Shown: positions 61,801 through 64,000 of the stretch, piece by piece
Position numbering within the stretch: position 1 is the stretch's first letter
Layout: every line of letters begins with the position of its first letter
Assembly (NCBI GenBank): GCA_043228905.1
Contig: JBHGNT010000008.1
Location: forward strand, 930,001 to 994,000
Reading direction: 5' to 3'
Length of the DNA: 64,000 nucleotides
From: Azolla caroliniana
Lineage: Eukaryota > Plantae > Polypodiophyta
Translations under genes and position numbers: made by a program
The notes under the pieces: model-generated
What the model saw: the letters and a program-made list of their open reading frames with translations, nothing else
Told to the model about the DNA's origin: nothing
Databases searched by the model: none

Positions 61801-63904
61801 GTACATAGGCTATGCTGCCGAATATCCAGAGGTGTCTCAAATTCAGCTTGCGCCTGAAATACAGCTCGTGAGCTGACACCTTGTCCCCGATCCGGTTCTG
61901 GATGTAAATGGCCGTTTGGACCGTCTTCGCCCAGTAGAACTTGGGCATGCTCTTTTCCTCCAGCATTGCCCTAGCCGTGTCAATTAGCGACCAATTCTTC
62001 CTTTCGGCCACACCGTTCTGTTGCGGTGTGTATCTGCAGCTGAATTCTCGCCGAATTCCTTTTTGTTGCAGGTAGCTGTTGAATTGGCCAGAAAAGTACT
62101 CTTTTCCGCCATCCGACCGTAGGCATTTGATCTTCCTCTCCGATTCCCGTTCCACCGTCTTCTGGAGGCTTCGGAAACACTCGAAGACTTCGCTCTTCCG
62201 CTCAATGAGGTGGATCCATGTATGCTGCGTGTATTCGTCGATGAAGGAGACGAAATATCGACTCCCGCCAATGCTAACATTTTGTGTCGGTCCCCACACA
62301 TCCGAATGGATAAGATCGAGCTTGTTATGGCTTCGATTTTTTTTGGTGGGGAATGGAAGCCGGTGTTGCTTCCCGAGTTGGCAGGCTTCACAAATCTGGG
62401 CTCTCCGGCCGCTAAACTTCGGCAAACCGAAAACGACTTGTTCCATTTGCAGGTCTTGAAGCCTCCGGTAGTTGACATGGCCGATCCGCTTGTGTCACAG
62501 GTCGATATCCGGCTCGACCTTCTGTCCTTTGGCGAACAGTGCGGTGCCGACATCATTGTTGTTGAGGATAAACATCCTCCCATCTCTGCGCCCTTGCGCA
62601 ATAACTTCGCCCTCATCCTCAATGAAGCACCCGAGGTGCGTAAACCGCACCCGGATCCCCTGGTCGACGATCTGTCCGACCGACACCAAGTTCTTCGTGA
62701 TAGTCAGAACATGTAATACATTCATCAGCTTCCCCCTCTGTCTGACATGGCTCAAAGGGACTTCTCCGACGTGCACAATCGGGTGGGGAGTGTCGTCTCC
62801 GGTTTTGACAACTCCCGACTGATCCAGCTTCTCCAAAAAGGAGAACCACTCCTCGTGGCTCATCATGTGGTTCAATGCGCCGGAGTCAACGTACCACACT
62901 TCCTCCGATTTGGAAGTGGTATTCTTCATTGAGTTTGCCTTGTGCTTCATCACCAAGGTTGGTCCCTTACCGTTCTTGGATCCTCCTGATCCGTTTGCGT
63001 AGTGCGAGCTTTGCCGACCTTCCTTACCGGTCTTGCTGGATCCGGATTTGTCCGAATCGACACACTTTCTCTAGCACTCGCTTTCCTTGTGGCCCTTTTT
63101 GCCACAGTACCAGCATTCCGTAGCGGATTTGTCTTGCCAGCCTCCGGCACCACCTTGACTCCCCCTGCTTGTGGAAGTCTCGAAACTGCTGTCGGCACGC
63201 TCATTGTGCCTTCGTTCCTGCTCTTGCCGGCCGCCTCCATTGCGTGCCGACCTGCCTCATCCACCACGCCCGCGGGACCGATCCACTCCCGTGTACAACA
63301 TCCGGTTGTCTGGGGATGCATTGGTAGATGCACCGGCGTGGTTCTCCTCTACAAGGATCATTGACTGTAAGTCGAAAAATGAGGGCGTATTCTCCCTTGT
63401 ACAAACCGCAATCCGGAAAGCTCCGAACTTGGACGCCAGGCCTCCAAGACAGACACGCACCATCTCGTCTTCCTCTACGGTGACGTTAATAGAGGCAAGC
63501 GAGTCACAGATCACTTTGATCCGTTCTGTGTAATCTGCCACCGACATGTTCTTTTGTCGAACATTGCTCAACTCTTGTCTTAGTTGTAGCTTCCGAGCAG
63601 TGGTGCTTGCGGCGAAGAACTTTTTCAAGTTTCCCCAAGCATCCTTTGGTGTCTTGGCGTCATGGATATGGCTGAGCAGCTGGTCACCGACATTGGACGC
63701 GAAGCAGTACATCACCCTGCTTGCCGCCTGTTCCCACACCGGGAAGTCCTTGTGTGTTGTCTCTGGTGCTGAGTCGTTCACTCCATCAACATAACTCCAA
63801 TAGCCATGCCCAAGCAGGTACTGGTGCATCTTGTATTACCAAGATGTGTAGTTGGTTCTGTCGAGCTTCTCCACCGGGAGCGACGTAGCCATACCTTTGT
63901 CCAT
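58894..63904 (-). pseudogene. Copia gag-pol of element B with C-terminal extension
   Basis: ATG ~63904 (MDKGMATSLPVEKLD). ORF fragments 63257-63829, 62495-62956, 60980-62446, 59632-61149 and 58894-59622; a few stops and frameshifts. Confidence 0.92.
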
Positions 63905-63987
63905 TTCTCCTTTTGTGTCTGTTTTCTGATTTGTTAGGGTTTCCTTCACAAGCGTAGATGTCTGCAACAGAGGTTCTCAACCCACAC

Positions 63988-63999
63988 GCTCTGATACCA
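63988..63999 (-). promoter_or_regulatory. Primer-binding site (tRNA-iMet) of Copia B
   Basis: Canonical TGGTATCAGAGC on the minus strand. Confidence 0.93.
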
Positions 64000-64000
64000 T

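Larger units (their letters stand above)
58503..64000 (-). mobile_element. Ty1/Copia LTR retrotransposon (element B), 5' LTR outside window
   Basis: 3' LTR 58503-58899, PPT 58900-58910, PBS TGGTATCAGAGC 63988-63999. Gag with CWYCGKKGHKESEC, protease WYVDSGA, integrase, RT, RNase H (YTDADWAGD...HARTKHIEVHYHF). Same family as element A. Confidence 0.96.

Overview
Eukaryotic, intron-rich plant DNA, most likely a seed-free plant such as a fern (inferred from the TE and gene repertoire). Four host genes could be spliced by hand: a tonoplast monosaccharide transporter (TST/TMT-like, minus), ureidoglycine aminohydrolase (UGlyAH, minus, 13 exons), a FLOE/DUF1421 prion-like protein (minus) and a pectate lyase (plus). 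They sit among nested TEs: the 3' end of a Ty3/Gypsy chromovirus, several L1-type LINEs, two related Ty1/Copia elements plus a solo LTR, and hAT-type MITEs. The stand-out observation is at 57146-58501 (minus): a spliced gene with three 83-90 bp GT-AG introns that encodes a bacterial-style beta-class amino (N6-adenine/N4-cytosine) DNA methyltransferase. Its motifs are CGD...DIPYG...W-x-K...E...NPYQKP...GDWILDLFSSTG...ALE. This copy is pseudogenised and cut by a Copia insertion, and may be cargo of an unrecognised mobile element. Both Copia copies also carry an unusual ~230-aa basic extension of Pol lying between two polypurine tracts. All alignments and splice models were made by eye; no database searches were run.
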